Below, piece after piece: positions 8,209 through 18,619 of a stretch of DNA of 51,623 nucleotides. Within the stretch, counting starts at the first letter, position 1. Each line of letters starts with the position of its first letter. The notes under the pieces were generated by a model. It saw only the letters and a program-made list of their open reading frames with translations, ran no database searches and was not told the DNA's origin. The position numbers were made by a program, and so were the translations under genes. Where the stretch lies: positions 1 through 51,623 of the forward strand of contig CAMSMU010000002.1 of assembly GCA_947061115.1 (NCBI GenBank). Reading direction: 5' to 3'. Source of the stretch: an uncultured Clostridium sp. (lineage in GTDB: Bacteria > Bacillota > Clostridia > TANB77 > CAG-508).

Positions 8209-10572
8209 ATGAAAAATACAAATGAAGTACCATATAAAAAATTAAAATATACTTGTAATCCAGATATATTAGACTTTGTTACAACAGAAGAATTAGATAG
8301 AAATTATGAAGGTATAGGACAAGAAAGAGGAATAGATTCTCTTAAATTTGGACTAAATGTAGATGTTAATGGATATAATCTTTATTTAGAAGGCCCTTCT
8401 GGTGTAGGAAAAACAATGTACACTAGAGATTATTTAAATAAAATTAGTAAAAATAAAAAAACACCTCAAGATTGGTGCTATGTATATAATTTTACAAATC
8501 CAAATGAACCAGTTGCAATAAACTTTCCAGCAGGTCAAGGACATGAATTTAGAGATGCTATGGAAAGATTTATTAAAGATATATTAAAAGAAATAAAATC
8601 AACATTTAATAATGAAGATTTTGAAAAAGAAAAAAATATAATTGTACAAAAATATCAAGATAAAAGAGCAAAATTATTAGAAGATTTAAATACACAATCA
8701 GCTAAATATGGTTTTCAAGTTAAGTCATCAGACACAGGTATATATATGATGCCTGTAATAGATGGCAAAGTGGTAAAGGAAGAAGAATTTGAAAAATTAG
8801 ATGATAAAATAAAAAAAGAATATGAAGAGAAATCTACTATAGTTCAGCAACAAATAATTCAAGTAATAAGCAAAATAAAAGAAATAGAACAAGAATCAGA
8901 GAAAAAAGTATCTGAATGGCAATCAAGCATAGTGTCATTATCAATAGAAGGTCATGTAACATATGTAAAATCAAAGTTCAAAAGAAGTAAAAAAATAACT
9001 CAATTTTTGGATGGTGTAAGAAAAGATATATTAAAAAATATAAATAAATTTATAACAGAAGATAAACCAGCACAAAATAGTCAACCTCGTGTTATAGAAG
9101 TTAAACCATGGGAAAATTATAAGGTAAATTTATTTGTCGATAATAGTGAAGCAGAAGGTGCTCCAGTTATAATGGATAGTAACTATAGCTTTAATAATAT
9201 ATTCGGAAGACTAGAATATGAAAGCCAATATGGAGTATTAAGAACAGATTATACTATGATAAGACCAGGATTGCTTCATAAAGCAAATGGAGGATATATT
9301 ATATTCCAGGCAAATGACTTGTTATCAAATCCAGTAACATACGATTACTTGAAAAAGGTATTAAGAAATAAAGAATTAGGAATAGATAATTCAATGGAAC
9401 AAAGATCACCAGCAGTTATGGTGTCATTAAAACCAGAACCAATACCACTAGATTTAAAAGTAATTATAATAGGAAATGAAAATGTATATCAAACATTACT
9501 TTCAGTTGATGAGGACTTTAGAAAATTATTTAAGATAAAAGTGGAATTTTCAGAAGATGCACCACTAACAGATGAAAATATTAAAAATTTAGCAAAATTT
9601 GTTCGTGGATATTGCGAAGATGATGAATTACCACATTTAGATAAATTTGCAGTAGCAAGATTAGTAGAATATTCAACAAGATTATCATCAAGCCAAAATA
9701 GAATGTCAACAAGATTTGGTGAATTAGCACAAGTAATTGCAGAATCTGCAACATGGGCTAAAATGGATAAATCAAAAGTTGTAACTAAAGATTATATAGA
9801 AAAAGCATTAGAAGAAAGAAAAAATAGACTTAAAAAATATGATGACAAATATACTCAAATGATAGAAGAAGGGACTCTCCTTATAGATACTGATGGAGAA
9901 AAAGTTGGACAAATAAATGGACTTACAGTAATGACAATAGGAGATTACTCATTTGGAAAACCAGTAAGAATTACAGTAAACACATATACGGGTAAACAAG
10001 GAATTGTAAATATAGAAAGAGAGGTTGAATTATCAGGATCAACACACTCAAAAGGTGTATTAATATTAAATGGATACTTAGGAGAAAAATTTGCAAAAGA
10101 TATGCCTTTATCACTTACAGCAAGCATATGTTTTGAACAATTATATAATGGGGTAGATGGGGATAGTGCATCAAGTACAGAACTTTACGCATTACTTTCT
10201 AATTTATCAGGAGTACCAATAAATCAAGGAATAGCAGTAACTGGATCAGTAAATCAAAAAGGAGAAATACAAGCTATTGGTGGAGTAAATGAAAAAATTG
10301 AAGGATATTTTGAAATTTGTAAATTAAAAGGCTTAAACGGAAAACAAGGTGTATTAATACCTAGACAAAATATAAGAAATTTAAGTTTAGATGATGAGAT
10401 AATATCAGCTGTAAAAAATGGGAAATTCCATATATATGCAGTATCAACAATAGATGAGGGAATAGAAATATTAACAGGTGTTCCAGCAGGTAAAAAAGAT
10501 ATTCCAGGAACAATAAATTCACTTGTTTATCAAACACTTAAAAAATATAATAAAACAAGTAAGGATGAATAA
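8209..10572 (+). CDS. Lon-like ATP-dependent protease (COG1067-type AAA+ with a C-terminal S16 domain)
   Basis: Walker A GPSGVGKT. C-terminal Lon proteolytic domain with DGDSASSTELYALLS and VTGSVNQKGEIQAIGGVNEKIEG. Confidence 0.8.
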   Translation: MKNTNEVPYKKLKYTCNPDILDFVTTEELDRNYEGIGQERGIDSLKFGLNVDVNGYNLYLEGPSGVGKTMYTRDYLNKISKNKKTPQDWCYVYNFTNPNEPVAINFPAGQGHEFRDAMERFIKDILKEIKSTFNNEDFEKEKNIIVQKYQDKRAKLLEDLNTQSAKYGFQVKSSDTGIYMMPVIDGKVVKEEEFEKLDDKIKKEYEEKSTIVQQQIIQVISKIKEIEQESEKKVSEWQSSIVSLSIEGHVTYVKSKFKRSKKITQFLDGVRKDILKNINKFITEDKPAQNSQPRVIEVKPWENYKVNLFVDNSEAEGAPVIMDSNYSFNNIFGRLEYESQYGVLRTDYTMIRPGLLHKANGGYIIFQANDLLSNPVTYDYLKKVLRNKELGIDNSMEQRSPAVMVSLKPEPIPLDLKVIIIGNENVYQTLLSVDEDFRKLFKIKVEFSEDAPLTDENIKNLAKFVRGYCEDDELPHLDKFAVARLVEYSTRLSSSQNRMSTRFGELAQVIAESATWAKMDKSKVVTKDYIEKALEERKNRLKKYDDKYTQMIEEGTLLIDTDGEKVGQINGLTVMTIGDYSFGKPVRITVNTYTGKQGIVNIEREVELSGSTHSKGVLILNGYLGEKFAKDMPLSLTASICFEQLYNGVDGDSASSTELYALLSNLSGVPINQGIAVTGSVNQKGEIQAIGGVNEKIEGYFEICKLKGLNGKQGVLIPRQNIRNLSLDDEIISAVKNGKFHIYAVSTIDEGIEILTGVPAGKKDIPGTINSLVYQTLKKYNKTSKDE

Positions 10573-10600
10573 TTAACATATATAGTATTGGAGGAGCAAA

Positions 10601-11686
10601 ATGAAAATAGGAATAGTAGGATTGCCAAACGTAGGAAAAAGTACATTATTTAATAGTATAACAAATGCAGGGGCAGAATGTGCAAATTATCCATTTTGTA
10701 CAATAGAACCCAATGTTGGAGTTGTACCAGTTCCAGATGATAGACTAGATGTACTAAACAAAATGTATGATGCAGAAAAAGTTACACATGCTGTAATTGA
10801 ATTTGTGGATATTGCTGGTTTAGTAAAAGGTGCAAGCAAAGGAGAAGGTTTAGGAAACAAGTTTTTATCACATATAAGAGAAACAGATTCAATTGTGCAA
10901 GTTGTAAGATGTTTTGATGACTCTAATATTATACATGTTGATGGTAATATAGATCCTATTAGAGATATAGAAACAATAAATTTAGAATTAATATTAGCAG
11001 ATATGGAAACAGTAGAAAAAAGAATAGAAAGAGCTGCTAAACTTGCAAAAGGTGATAAAAAATATATCGCAGAAGAAGATGCATTCAAAAAAATTAGAAC
11101 AGCCTTAGAAAATGGAAAATCAGCAAGAACAGTTGAACTAAGTGATGAAGAAAAAGAAATAATAAAAGATGCATTTTTATTAACAACAAAACCTATTTTA
11201 TATGTAGCTAATATTTCAGAAAAAGATATTGGTAAAGAAAATGAATATGTAAAAAAAGTGAAGGAATATGCAGAAAAAGAAAAATCTCAAGTAATATCAT
11301 TATGCGTAAAAATAGAAGAAGAATTATCAAGTTTAGATAAAGAAGAAAAACTAGAAATGCTAGAAGCAATGGGACTTGAAGAATCTGGATTAGACAAAGT
11401 AATAAAAGCAAGTTATGATTTATTAGGCTTAATGTCTTTTTTAACAGCAGGTAAAAAAGAAGTAAGAGCATGGACAATAAAAAAAGGAACAAAGGCACCA
11501 GGTGCAGCAGGTAAGATACATACTGATTTTGAAAGAGGATTTATAAAAGCAGAAATTGTTTCATATGATGATTTAATAAGAGAAGGCTCATATCAAAAAG
11601 CAAAAGAAGCAGGACTCGTTAGACTAGAAGGAAAAGATTATATAATGCAAAATGGAGATATAGTAGAATTTAAATTTAATGTGTAA
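10601..11686 (+). CDS. ychF: Ribosome-binding ATPase YchF
   Basis: MKIGIVGLPNVGKSTLFN G1 motif, a TGS-like C-terminus (GFIKAEIV...) and 361 aa. Confidence 0.95.
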   Translation: MKIGIVGLPNVGKSTLFNSITNAGAECANYPFCTIEPNVGVVPVPDDRLDVLNKMYDAEKVTHAVIEFVDIAGLVKGASKGEGLGNKFLSHIRETDSIVQVVRCFDDSNIIHVDGNIDPIRDIETINLELILADMETVEKRIERAAKLAKGDKKYIAEEDAFKKIRTALENGKSARTVELSDEEKEIIKDAFLLTTKPILYVANISEKDIGKENEYVKKVKEYAEKEKSQVISLCVKIEEELSSLDKEEKLEMLEAMGLEESGLDKVIKASYDLLGLMSFLTAGKKEVRAWTIKKGTKAPGAAGKIHTDFERGFIKAEIVSYDDLIREGSYQKAKEAGLVRLEGKDYIMQNGDIVEFKFNV

Positions 11687-11834
11687 AAAAGAGCAAAAAT
11701 TATTTTTTGAATTTATATAAAAATAAAATATTACTAAATGATTACAAAAATGTAAAAAAATGCTGAAATATTATTGAAATCAATACTTAAATGTGTAAAA
11801 TAACAAAAATCGACAAAATTTTCAATATAAAATG

Positions 11835-11863
11835 TTGACTATTGTAGAAAAAAAGTATAGAAT
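11835..11863 (+). promoter_or_regulatory. Sigma-A-type promoter TTGACT -17 nt- TAGAAT
   Basis: Read directly, upstream of the small sortase-substrate gene. Confidence 0.5.
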
Positions 11864-11895
11864 CACTTTGATAGTAGAAAATGTAATAAATTTCA

Positions 11896-11904
11896 TGCTA
11901 TAAT
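11896..11904 (+). promoter_or_regulatory. Extended -10 element TGcTATAAT
   Basis: Perfect extended -10 about 55 nt upstream of ATG 11960. Confidence 0.45.
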
Positions 11905-11959
11905 TTGTTGAAAAAAACAAATACTAAAAACAGATCAAAAGAAGAAAAGGAGAAAAACT

Positions 11960-12289
11960 ATGAAAAATTCAATGAAATATGTAACAATTTCAATAGTTAT
12001 GATCTTTGCAGTTTTATTTTTAACAATGGTAAAAGCAAATGCATCATCATTTCAATTAACACTTGACCCAGCACAACAAAATGGATCAAATGATACAAGT
12101 ACAAATGCACCAGCTGTAAATAACCCTGTAGCAAAAGAAAACTTAGTACAAGTTAATCAAATAAATGATGCAGACAAAGATATTCCACAAACAGGAGAAA
12201 CAGATGTATATATAGTAGCTGGAATAGCTGTTATAGCAGTAGCTGTTGGAGCATTTGCATTTATGAAATCAAAGAAATATAATTTTTAA
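11960..12289 (+). CDS. Very small sortase-anchored surface protein (IPQTG sorting signal)
   Basis: Signal peptide (cleavage near VKANA/SS), about 50-aa mature part, IPQTGE motif, hydrophobic helix and a KSKKYNF tail. Strong SD AAAGGAGA. Confidence 0.7.
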   Translation: MKNSMKYVTISIVMIFAVLFLTMVKANASSFQLTLDPAQQNGSNDTSTNAPAVNNPVAKENLVQVNQINDADKDIPQTGETDVYIVAGIAVIAVAVGAFAFMKSKKYNF

Positions 12290-12314
12290 TTATAATAAAA
12301 ATAAAGTTGCAACT

Positions 12315-12341
12315 AAAAAGACGCCTATAAAGCGTCTTTTT
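12315..12341 (+). terminator. Rho-independent terminator
   Basis: aaaaagacgc-ctataaa-gcgtcttttt hairpin plus T-run. Confidence 0.75.
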
Positions 12342-12665
12342 CTATATTATAGGAAACTTAGTATAATATAGAATTATAGATCACATAAAATTGCATAGAA
12401 ATTTTGACAAAATGAAAAAAATATTCAGGACTAAAACTAAGTTAAAAGAACTAACGAAAAATAGATTAACTTTGTTCTATAAATTTAAAAATGACAATAT
12501 AATATAACTAAAATTAATGCGTTTTTAAATATTAAAAATAAAATTGCTATACAAAAGTTTACTTTTTTGGGTAAAAAATGTAATAAGAAAAAGTGGGAAT
12601 ATTGTTTACAAAAATATATTAAAGTGTTAAAATTAAAAAGAAAGTATATTTTTAGGAGAATAAGT

Positions 12666-13739
12666 ATGAGTAATAATAAAAAAATGAGAGAAAATATTGG
12701 AAAAAAGTCTAAAAAAGTATTAACAAAGAAAAAGAAAGTACTAAGGGTAATTTTAATCATTTTTATAATATTAATTGTAATAATTGCTGCAATATTAACA
12801 GCAGGATATACATTCGTTTATAGTAAATTAGGAGAAATGAATCAAGAAGAAATAAATGTAGATATAGACAAAGATATTGCTAACCAATTGTCAGGGTATA
12901 GAAATATTGCGATATTTGGAATAGATGCAAGAAAAGATGATTATGGAATGGGAAATAGAAGTGATTGCATAATGATAGCATCTATAAACAAAAAAACAAA
13001 TGAAGTAAAATTATTATCAGTATACAGAGATACATATTTGAAATTAACAGGAAGAAATTTGGATAAAGTAACACATGCATATTCATATGGTAAAGCAGAA
13101 CTAGCAGTAAGTACTTTAAATACAAATTTAGATCTAAATATTGAAGAATATGTAACAGTAAACTTTGATTCAGTAGTTGATGCAGTAGATGCTTTAGGCG
13201 GAATAAAAATGAATATAACAAGTGAAGAAGCTAAATATATTAATACATATATAGATGAAAATAATAGAGTAACAGGACATAATTCTAGTCATATAACAAA
13301 GGCTGGAACATATAACCTAGATGGAGTTCAAGCATTGGCTTATTCAAGAATACGTTATACAGCAGGAGGAGATTTTAAAAGGACAGAAAGAATGAGAGAT
13401 GTATTAGAAGCTATGCTAAAAAAAGCAAAAACATTAAGTATAAGTGAAATTCTAAATGTAGTAAATATAATGATGCCAAAAATTTCTACAAATATTAGTG
13501 CTAATGACATAATAGGTTTAGCGCCAACGTTAGTCTCAATGAATATAGGAAATAGTATAGGATGGCCACAGAAAAATAAAGGATCAACTATAGGTGGAAT
13601 ATATTATGGAGTACCAATAAATTTAGCAGAAAATGTTAAAACATTACATGAAGAATTATTTAATCAAGTAGATTATACACCATCTACAAATGTACAAAAC
13701 ATAAGTGATGAAATAATAAATAAAACTGGAGTAAAATAA
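12666..13739 (+). CDS. LytR-CpsA-Psr (LCP) family glycopolymer transferase, copy 1
   Basis: N-terminal TM helix. LCP motifs IAIFGIDAR...RSDCIMIASI and LAYSRIRY...DFKRTERMRDVL. Start moved to ATG 12666 (SD AGGAG). Confidence 0.85.
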   Translation: MSNNKKMRENIGKKSKKVLTKKKKVLRVILIIFIILIVIIAAILTAGYTFVYSKLGEMNQEEINVDIDKDIANQLSGYRNIAIFGIDARKDDYGMGNRSDCIMIASINKKTNEVKLLSVYRDTYLKLTGRNLDKVTHAYSYGKAELAVSTLNTNLDLNIEEYVTVNFDSVVDAVDALGGIKMNITSEEAKYINTYIDENNRVTGHNSSHITKAGTYNLDGVQALAYSRIRYTAGGDFKRTERMRDVLEAMLKKAKTLSISEILNVVNIMMPKISTNISANDIIGLAPTLVSMNIGNSIGWPQKNKGSTIGGIYYGVPINLAENVKTLHEELFNQVDYTPSTNVQNISDEIINKTGVK

Positions 13740-13740
13740 G

Positions 13741-14835
13741 ATGTTGAAAAAAGATAATAATATAAAATCCAAAAAAGACATAAATAAAACACAAAAGAAC
13801 AAAAAATACAAAGCATTGAAAGTTATAGGAATAATAGTATTTGTTATATTAGTTATAATTTTGATAATATTTCTTATAGTGAATACATTTATAAATAGTA
13901 AATTAAACAAAATCAAATATGAAAATATTGCAATAGAGGAATTAGGCATAGATGAAAACGAGCAAATGAAAAAATTTAGAAACATAGCTATTTTAGGTCT
14001 AGATTCACAATATGATACGTATGAAACAGGATATAGAACAGATTGTATAATGATAGCAAGTATAAATGAAGATGAAAAAACGATGCAATTATATTCTATA
14101 TATAGAGATACATATGTCCAAATGGAGGAAAATGGTACAACAAAAATGGACAAGATAAACCATGCATATTATGGTGGAATAGAAAATACGCTAAAAACAA
14201 TAAATACAAACTTAGATTTAAACATTTCAGAATATGTAATTGCAGATTTTAATGCAGTGGTAGATGTAGTAGATGCAGTAGGTGGAATTGACATTAATAT
14301 AAATAATGAAGAAATAAAATTTATAAATAATTATATTGAATCTGTTTCTGAAATAGTAGGCAAATCAGCTGATAAAATAAATAAAACAGGAATTCAACAT
14401 TTAAATGGTGTTCAAGCAGTAGCATATTGCAGAATAAGATATACAACAGGATATGATTATAAGAGAACAGAAAGAATGAGAACTGTACTTGAAAAAATAG
14501 GAAATAAAGTAAAAACTCTTAGTTTAAGTGAAATGAATAATTTATTAGATATAATTTTACCAAAAATTCGTACAAATATTTCAGGTAAGGAAATATTAAA
14601 ACTTGCACCAAAAGTTCTTTCATTAGAACAAAGACAATCTTTTGGCTGGCCATATAAAACAAAAGGAGTATATTTAAGAGGAGATTTTTTTGGACCAGCA
14701 GCAACACTTGAAAGTAATGTACAAAAATTACACAAAGATGTGTATGGACAAAAAAATTACGAAGTACCAGAATATATAAAACAAATAAGTAATAAAATAG
14801 TTGAGGAAACAGGAGTTAAAAACGAATTACAATAA
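13741..14835 (+). CDS. LCP family glycopolymer transferase, copy 2
   Basis: Same architecture and motifs as copy 1 (RTDCIMIASI, VAYCRIRY, DYKRTERMRTVL). Confidence 0.85.
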   Translation: MLKKDNNIKSKKDINKTQKNKKYKALKVIGIIVFVILVIILIIFLIVNTFINSKLNKIKYENIAIEELGIDENEQMKKFRNIAILGLDSQYDTYETGYRTDCIMIASINEDEKTMQLYSIYRDTYVQMEENGTTKMDKINHAYYGGIENTLKTINTNLDLNISEYVIADFNAVVDVVDAVGGIDININNEEIKFINNYIESVSEIVGKSADKINKTGIQHLNGVQAVAYCRIRYTTGYDYKRTERMRTVLEKIGNKVKTLSLSEMNNLLDIILPKIRTNISGKEILKLAPKVLSLEQRQSFGWPYKTKGVYLRGDFFGPAATLESNVQKLHKDVYGQKNYEVPEYIKQISNKIVEETGVKNELQ

Positions 14836-14842
14836 GGGGGGG
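14836..14842. repeat. G7 homopolymer forming the SD of the priming glycosyltransferase
   Basis: taaGGGGGGGattacaGTG read directly. Confidence 0.9.
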
Positions 14843-14848
14843 ATTACA

Positions 14849-15553
14849 GTGGCTGTAGATAATGAAGCAATACTACTAAAAGATGAAGAAGAAGCTGAGA
14901 TAGGTGCTATCACTGCTAATGTCAAACAAAAAAATATTGCTTTTAGATTTATAAAAAGAACATTTGATATTATAGGAAGTATAATAGGAATTATACTAAT
15001 ATTACCTATTACAATGTTGGTTTTTATATTGAATATATGTACAGGAGAAGGAGGATCAATATTTTATACACAGACAAGAATAGGAAAAAATGGAAAACAT
15101 TTTAAAATGTATAAATTCAGAACAATGTGTAAAAATGCTGACAAGATCTTAAAAACTATACTAGAAGAAAATGAAGATTTAAAAAAAGAATTTGAAGAAA
15201 CCAGAAAACTAAAAAATGATCCTCGTGTTACGAAAACAGGAAAGATACTAAGAAAAACAAGTTTAGACGAATTTCCACAATTTATCAATGTATTAAAAGG
15301 AGATATGAGTTTAGTAGGACCAAGACCAGTAATAGATGGAGAAATAGAACTTTTCGGAATACATAAAAAAGAAATATTGAGTACAAAACCAGGAGTTACA
15401 GGGTATTGGGCTGTAAACGGAAGAAGCAATACATCATATGAAGAAAGAATAAAGCTTGAAACATACTATATTAAGAACATGTCAATAAAACTTGATATAA
15501 AAATTATATTAAAAACTATAGTATCATTTATAAAAAAGGATGGAGCAATATAA
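14849..15553 (+). CDS. Undecaprenyl-phosphate sugar phosphotransferase (bacterial sugar transferase, WbaP/CpsE-like)
   Basis: FKRTFDIIGS, KFRTM, DPRVTKTGKILRKTSLDEFPQF and GDMSLVGPRP motifs. GTG 14849 sits 6 nt after the G7 SD; the track's TTG at 14801 has no SD. Confidence 0.85.
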   Translation: MAVDNEAILLKDEEEAEIGAITANVKQKNIAFRFIKRTFDIIGSIIGIILILPITMLVFILNICTGEGGSIFYTQTRIGKNGKHFKMYKFRTMCKNADKILKTILEENEDLKKEFEETRKLKNDPRVTKTGKILRKTSLDEFPQFINVLKGDMSLVGPRPVIDGEIELFGIHKKEILSTKPGVTGYWAVNGRSNTSYEERIKLETYYIKNMSIKLDIKIILKTIVSFIKKDGAI

Positions 15554-16342
15554 ATGAAAGATATACAAATAGTAGTGGCAACGCATAAAAAATATCAAAT
15601 GCCTAAACAAGAAATATATTTACCACTACATGTAGGGAGTAAAGGAAAAGAGAAAATTGGATACCAAACTGATGATATTGGAGATAATATTTCAGACAAA
15701 AATCCATATTTTTGTGAATTAACAGGATTATATTGGGCATGGAAAAATTTAGATGCAAAATATATTGGTTTATGCCATTATAGAAGACATTTTTCAGTAA
15801 GAAAAATAATTACAACAAATGAAAATAAGAAATTCAATAAAATACTAAATGAAAGACAAGCTAGAGAATTATTAAAAAACACAGACATAATTTTACCTAA
15901 AAAAAGAAATTATTATATAGAAAATTTATACTCACATTATAAACATACAATGTATATAGAAACATTAGATGAAACTAAAAAGATAATAGAAGAAAAATAT
16001 CCAGAATATGTAGAAGAATTTAAAAAATTACACAAAAGAAAAAAAGCACATATATTTAATATGCTTATAATGAAAAAAGAAATATTAGAAGAATATTGCA
16101 TATGGCTATTCGATATTTTATTTGAATTAGAAAATAGAATAGATGTAACCAAATATGATTCATTTCATTCAAGATTTTTTGGAAGAGTATCAGAACTTCT
16201 TTTAGATATATGGATTAATACAAACAAACTTGAATATAAAGAAATAGAGTTTGTTGATATGCAAAATATAAACTGGATAAAAAAAGGAACAGCGTTCTTA
16301 TTAGCTAAATTTACAGGAAAAAAATATACAAAAAGTTTTTAA
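15554..16342 (+). CDS. DUF4422-family glycosyltransferase
   Basis: IQIVVATHKKYQMP...YLPLHVG...ISDKNPYFCELTGLYWAWKN is the characteristic DUF4422 N-terminus. Confidence 0.75.
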   Translation: MKDIQIVVATHKKYQMPKQEIYLPLHVGSKGKEKIGYQTDDIGDNISDKNPYFCELTGLYWAWKNLDAKYIGLCHYRRHFSVRKIITTNENKKFNKILNERQARELLKNTDIILPKKRNYYIENLYSHYKHTMYIETLDETKKIIEEKYPEYVEEFKKLHKRKKAHIFNMLIMKKEILEEYCIWLFDILFELENRIDVTKYDSFHSRFFGRVSELLLDIWINTNKLEYKEIEFVDMQNINWIKKGTAFLLAKFTGKKYTKSF

Positions 16343-16354
16343 ATTGGGGGAAAA

Positions 16355-17578
16355 ATGAACAAAAGTAGATTGAATAATATATTAGTTTTTATATTAATAG
16401 TATTTTTTGAACCACAAATTTTTAAAGAAAATGCATTTAAAGGTGTTGGATATGTAGATCAAATTTATAAAATACTTAAAATATTATCTTTTGCTGTCGT
16501 TTTATTAGTTTATACATATAAAAAAACAAAATATTCAAAAATAGTATTATCTGTTTTTGCTCTGCAACTAATAACTTTTATATCAACTATAATTAACAAA
16601 GGTAGTGTTATGAGGTTTATAGGACCAGCTATTACAACAGTTACAATGGTTATGATAGCAGAAATATTAATTAGTAGAAAAATTATAGTAGAAGTATTAA
16701 AAAAAGTTAATATATATTTTGTAATCTGTTTTATTTTAAACTTAATATCAATAATTATGATAGATGTATTTAAACTTACAAATTTTACAAAAATATACTT
16801 CTTAGGAATCGATAATAGATTTATATTCACTTTATTACCATGGATTGTTTCAGAAGGAATAGTTAGTATACTAGAAAATAGAAAATTATCTAAAAGATGG
16901 TTTTGGTGTGTTATTGCATCAGAATTAGTTTTACTTTATAAATTTAGTGTTGCAGCAATGATTGCGGTAATACTATTTATCTTATTATATTTTATAAATA
17001 ATAAGATAAATATTGCTAAATATAGTAAAATAACATTATATTGTTATGTAATACTAAATGTATTAATTGTATTCTTTAATATCCAAAATTATTTTACCCC
17101 AATGCTTAATATAGTAGATAAGGATGTAACCTTTTCAGGAAGAACATTTTTGTGGGATGGAGTTAAAGAAGAGTTCTTAAAAAGTCCAATTTTAGGAAAT
17201 GGAATGCAAAGCGAAGAATATGACAAATCATTTTTCTATAAAAGTACAGCACCATATTATTTAAGTTTTGCGAAAGTTGTGCATGCACATAATTCAGCAA
17301 TGACCATAATTTATAGAGGTGGAGGATTAGCAATATTAACATATTTATATATATTATATTATTGTACAGATAAAATAAAGAAGAATTACAAAAATCCACT
17401 TGCTAATTTATTTATAGTTTCAATAGCAATAATATTTATGCTATCAATATTTGATACCATGGACTTTGCAGGATTGTATTTTATAATAACACTTGCAATA
17501 AATATGAAAAAGATTATGTATGAAAATAAAGATATCGAAGTAAAATATTTAAGTGATAAATATACTGAAAAAATTTAA
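16355..17578 (+). CDS. wzy: O-antigen polymerase/ligase-family membrane protein (Wzy-like)
   Basis: About 10 TM helices, an external loop with HAHNSAMTIIYRGG, and cps-locus context. Confidence 0.7.
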   Translation: MNKSRLNNILVFILIVFFEPQIFKENAFKGVGYVDQIYKILKILSFAVVLLVYTYKKTKYSKIVLSVFALQLITFISTIINKGSVMRFIGPAITTVTMVMIAEILISRKIIVEVLKKVNIYFVICFILNLISIIMIDVFKLTNFTKIYFLGIDNRFIFTLLPWIVSEGIVSILENRKLSKRWFWCVIASELVLLYKFSVAAMIAVILFILLYFINNKINIAKYSKITLYCYVILNVLIVFFNIQNYFTPMLNIVDKDVTFSGRTFLWDGVKEEFLKSPILGNGMQSEEYDKSFFYKSTAPYYLSFAKVVHAHNSAMTIIYRGGGLAILTYLYILYYCTDKIKKNYKNPLANLFIVSIAIIFMLSIFDTMDFAGLYFIITLAINMKKIMYENKDIEVKYLSDKYTEKI

Positions 17579-17621
17579 TATATATATTTATAGCAGATAA
17601 AGTATATGCAGGAGAAATAAT

Positions 17622-18602
17622 ATGGAAGAATTAATAACTGTAGTAGTTCCAATATATAAAGTAGAAGATTGTCTTACAATATGTATTGATTCTATATTAA
17701 GCCAAACATATAGAAATTTAGAAATTATATTAGTAGATGATGGATCACCAGATAATTGTAGTAAAATATGTGATGAATATGGAAAAAAAGATAAGCGTGT
17801 AAAAGTAATTCACAAAGAAAATGGTGGATTATCAGATGCACGAAATGCGGGAATGAAAATAGCTACAGGGAAATACATTACATTTATAGATTCAGATGAC
17901 TATGTAAGTAATGATTATGTTGAATATCTATATAATTTATTAAAAAAATATAATGTTAAATTATCAATATGTGACTTTAAAAAAGTGTGGAAAGAAACAG
18001 ATATAACAGCAAAAGAGGAAACAAAAATAGAAGTACTTAATAGTGAAAAAGCCTTTAAAAATTTATTATTTAGTCAAGGAATAGATATATCTGCATGGGC
18101 AAAATTATATCAAATAGACTTATGGGAAAATTATGAATTTCCAAAAGGAAAATGTTATGAAGATTCAGCAATAATATATAAACTAATAGATAGAGCAGAA
18201 AATGTTGCTTTTGGAAATAAGCAATGTTATTATTATGTTGCAAGACCAGGTTCTATTTCTAAACAAAAAGGGTTTAACAAAAATGAAGAAGACTATATAG
18301 AAAATACAAAACAAATGCTTAGTTTTATTAGAGAAAAATATCCAAATATAAATTCAGCAACAAATAGATATGATTTATATTCAAATTTTAGAATACTGAG
18401 AATACTAATTTTTACAAAACCAAGAAATAGAAAAATGGAGAAAATAGTTATAAAAAATATAAATCAACATAAAAAGAAAGTATTTTTGGGTAAGGAAACA
18501 CCTAAAAGAGACAAATTAGCTATAATATTTTTAAGTATGGGATTACCAGTCTTTAAAATTTTCTGGTATATATATAGTAAAATCACAGGGAGAATCTTAT
18601 AA
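17622..18602 (+). CDS. Family 2 glycosyltransferase
   Basis: VVVPIYKVEDCL...ILVDDGSPD...GLSDARNAG...FIDSDD motifs. Confidence 0.85.
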   Translation: MEELITVVVPIYKVEDCLTICIDSILSQTYRNLEIILVDDGSPDNCSKICDEYGKKDKRVKVIHKENGGLSDARNAGMKIATGKYITFIDSDDYVSNDYVEYLYNLLKKYNVKLSICDFKKVWKETDITAKEETKIEVLNSEKAFKNLLFSQGIDISAWAKLYQIDLWENYEFPKGKCYEDSAIIYKLIDRAENVAFGNKQCYYYVARPGSISKQKGFNKNEEDYIENTKQMLSFIREKYPNINSATNRYDLYSNFRILRILIFTKPRNRKMEKIVIKNINQHKKKVFLGKETPKRDKLAIIFLSMGLPVFKIFWYIYSKITGRIL

Positions 18603-18619
18603 AATTAGGAGAAAAATAT

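Noticed and set aside
8209-10572. The Lon-like AAA+ protease as a BREX (BrxL-like) or other defence-system component.
   Set aside because: No methyltransferase, PglZ, BrxA/B/C or other defence genes flank it. It sits between the housekeeping genes tsaB-rimI and ychF, so a stand-alone housekeeping Lon-like protease is the simpler reading.
12421-12516. A 31-codon ORF (MKKIFRTKTKLKELTKNRL...) in the leader of the LCP/cps operon.
   Set aside because: It has no SD, a basic low-complexity translation and no terminator or promoter pairing. It is probably non-coding leader sequence.
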